Shown: positions 63,742 through 64,000 of the stretch, piece by piece
Layout: every line of letters begins with the position of its first letter
Numbering within the stretch: the first letter of the stretch is position 1
DNA from: the human T2T-CHM13v2.0 reference genome, Homo sapiens
DNA: 64,000 nt
Strand: one strand, 5' to 3'
Assembly: GCF_009914755.1 (NCBI RefSeq)
Contig: NC_060932.1
The notes under the pieces: generated by a model
What the model saw: the letters and a program-made list of their open reading frames with translations, nothing else
Told to the model about the DNA's origin: nothing
The model's database searches: none
Program-made: the position numbers and the translations under genes

Positions 63742-63807
63742 ACCCTGAGAAGACTATCTGTAAGGGTCACAGGCTCTTGGTCTAGTTGATGTCAAGCAGT
63801 ACACACA
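63742..63807 (-). repeat. Inverted repeat arm 2 (pairs with 62155-62220)
   Basis: accctgagaagactatctgtaagggtcacaggctcttggtctagttgatgtcaagcagta is the reverse complement of arm 1 at 90%. Confidence 0.92.
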
Positions 63808-64000
63808 AGAGCAAGACTATGCATTTTGCATAATCACTAGACATAACAGAGTGAGTAGAATATATGATAATTTGGCTCTAAAAGAAGAGATTTATCAACA
63901 TTTTTGGAATCAGCAACTTTGAAATTATGGGAAATGAGGAGAATATAAAAAGACATGAGTAAACAGAATGCCTAGTAATTTGAGAAGAAATTGAAAGAGC

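Noticed and set aside
62155-63807. Inverted arms as TIRs of a DNA transposon
   Set aside because: No TSD, no transposase remnant, and the interior is collinear L2/MIR-like sequence

Overview
Primate (great-ape/human-type) AT-rich, CpG-poor, repeat-dense intergenic or intronic DNA. I cannot identify any host protein-coding gene, RNA gene or prokaryotic system. The long ORFs in the track are decayed LINE-1 ORF0/ORF1/ORF2 pieces. Main content: a full-length but dead L1PA2/3 (46350-52387, +), an L1PA6/7 with intact TSDs that lacks almost all of ORF1 (16346-21240, -), a twin-primed 5'-inverted L1PA8-like element (43572-46148), five Alus plus a monomer, solo LTRs (LTR12-family, THE1A, MST, MLT2, LTR47-like), hAT MITEs (MER58A, MER1B, MER5A) and old L1M/L2/L3 fragments. 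Structure not explained by repeat families: a 181-bp 100%-identical direct duplication 3033 bp apart (36683-36863 / 39716-39896), and a cluster at 62.1-63.8 kb with a 60-66-bp inverted repeat, a 19-bp hairpin and 86-bp and 10-bp tandem duplications, all resembling template-switch products. Subfamily calls come from recalled consensus sequences and need RepeatMasker confirmation. I see no convincing new biological system.
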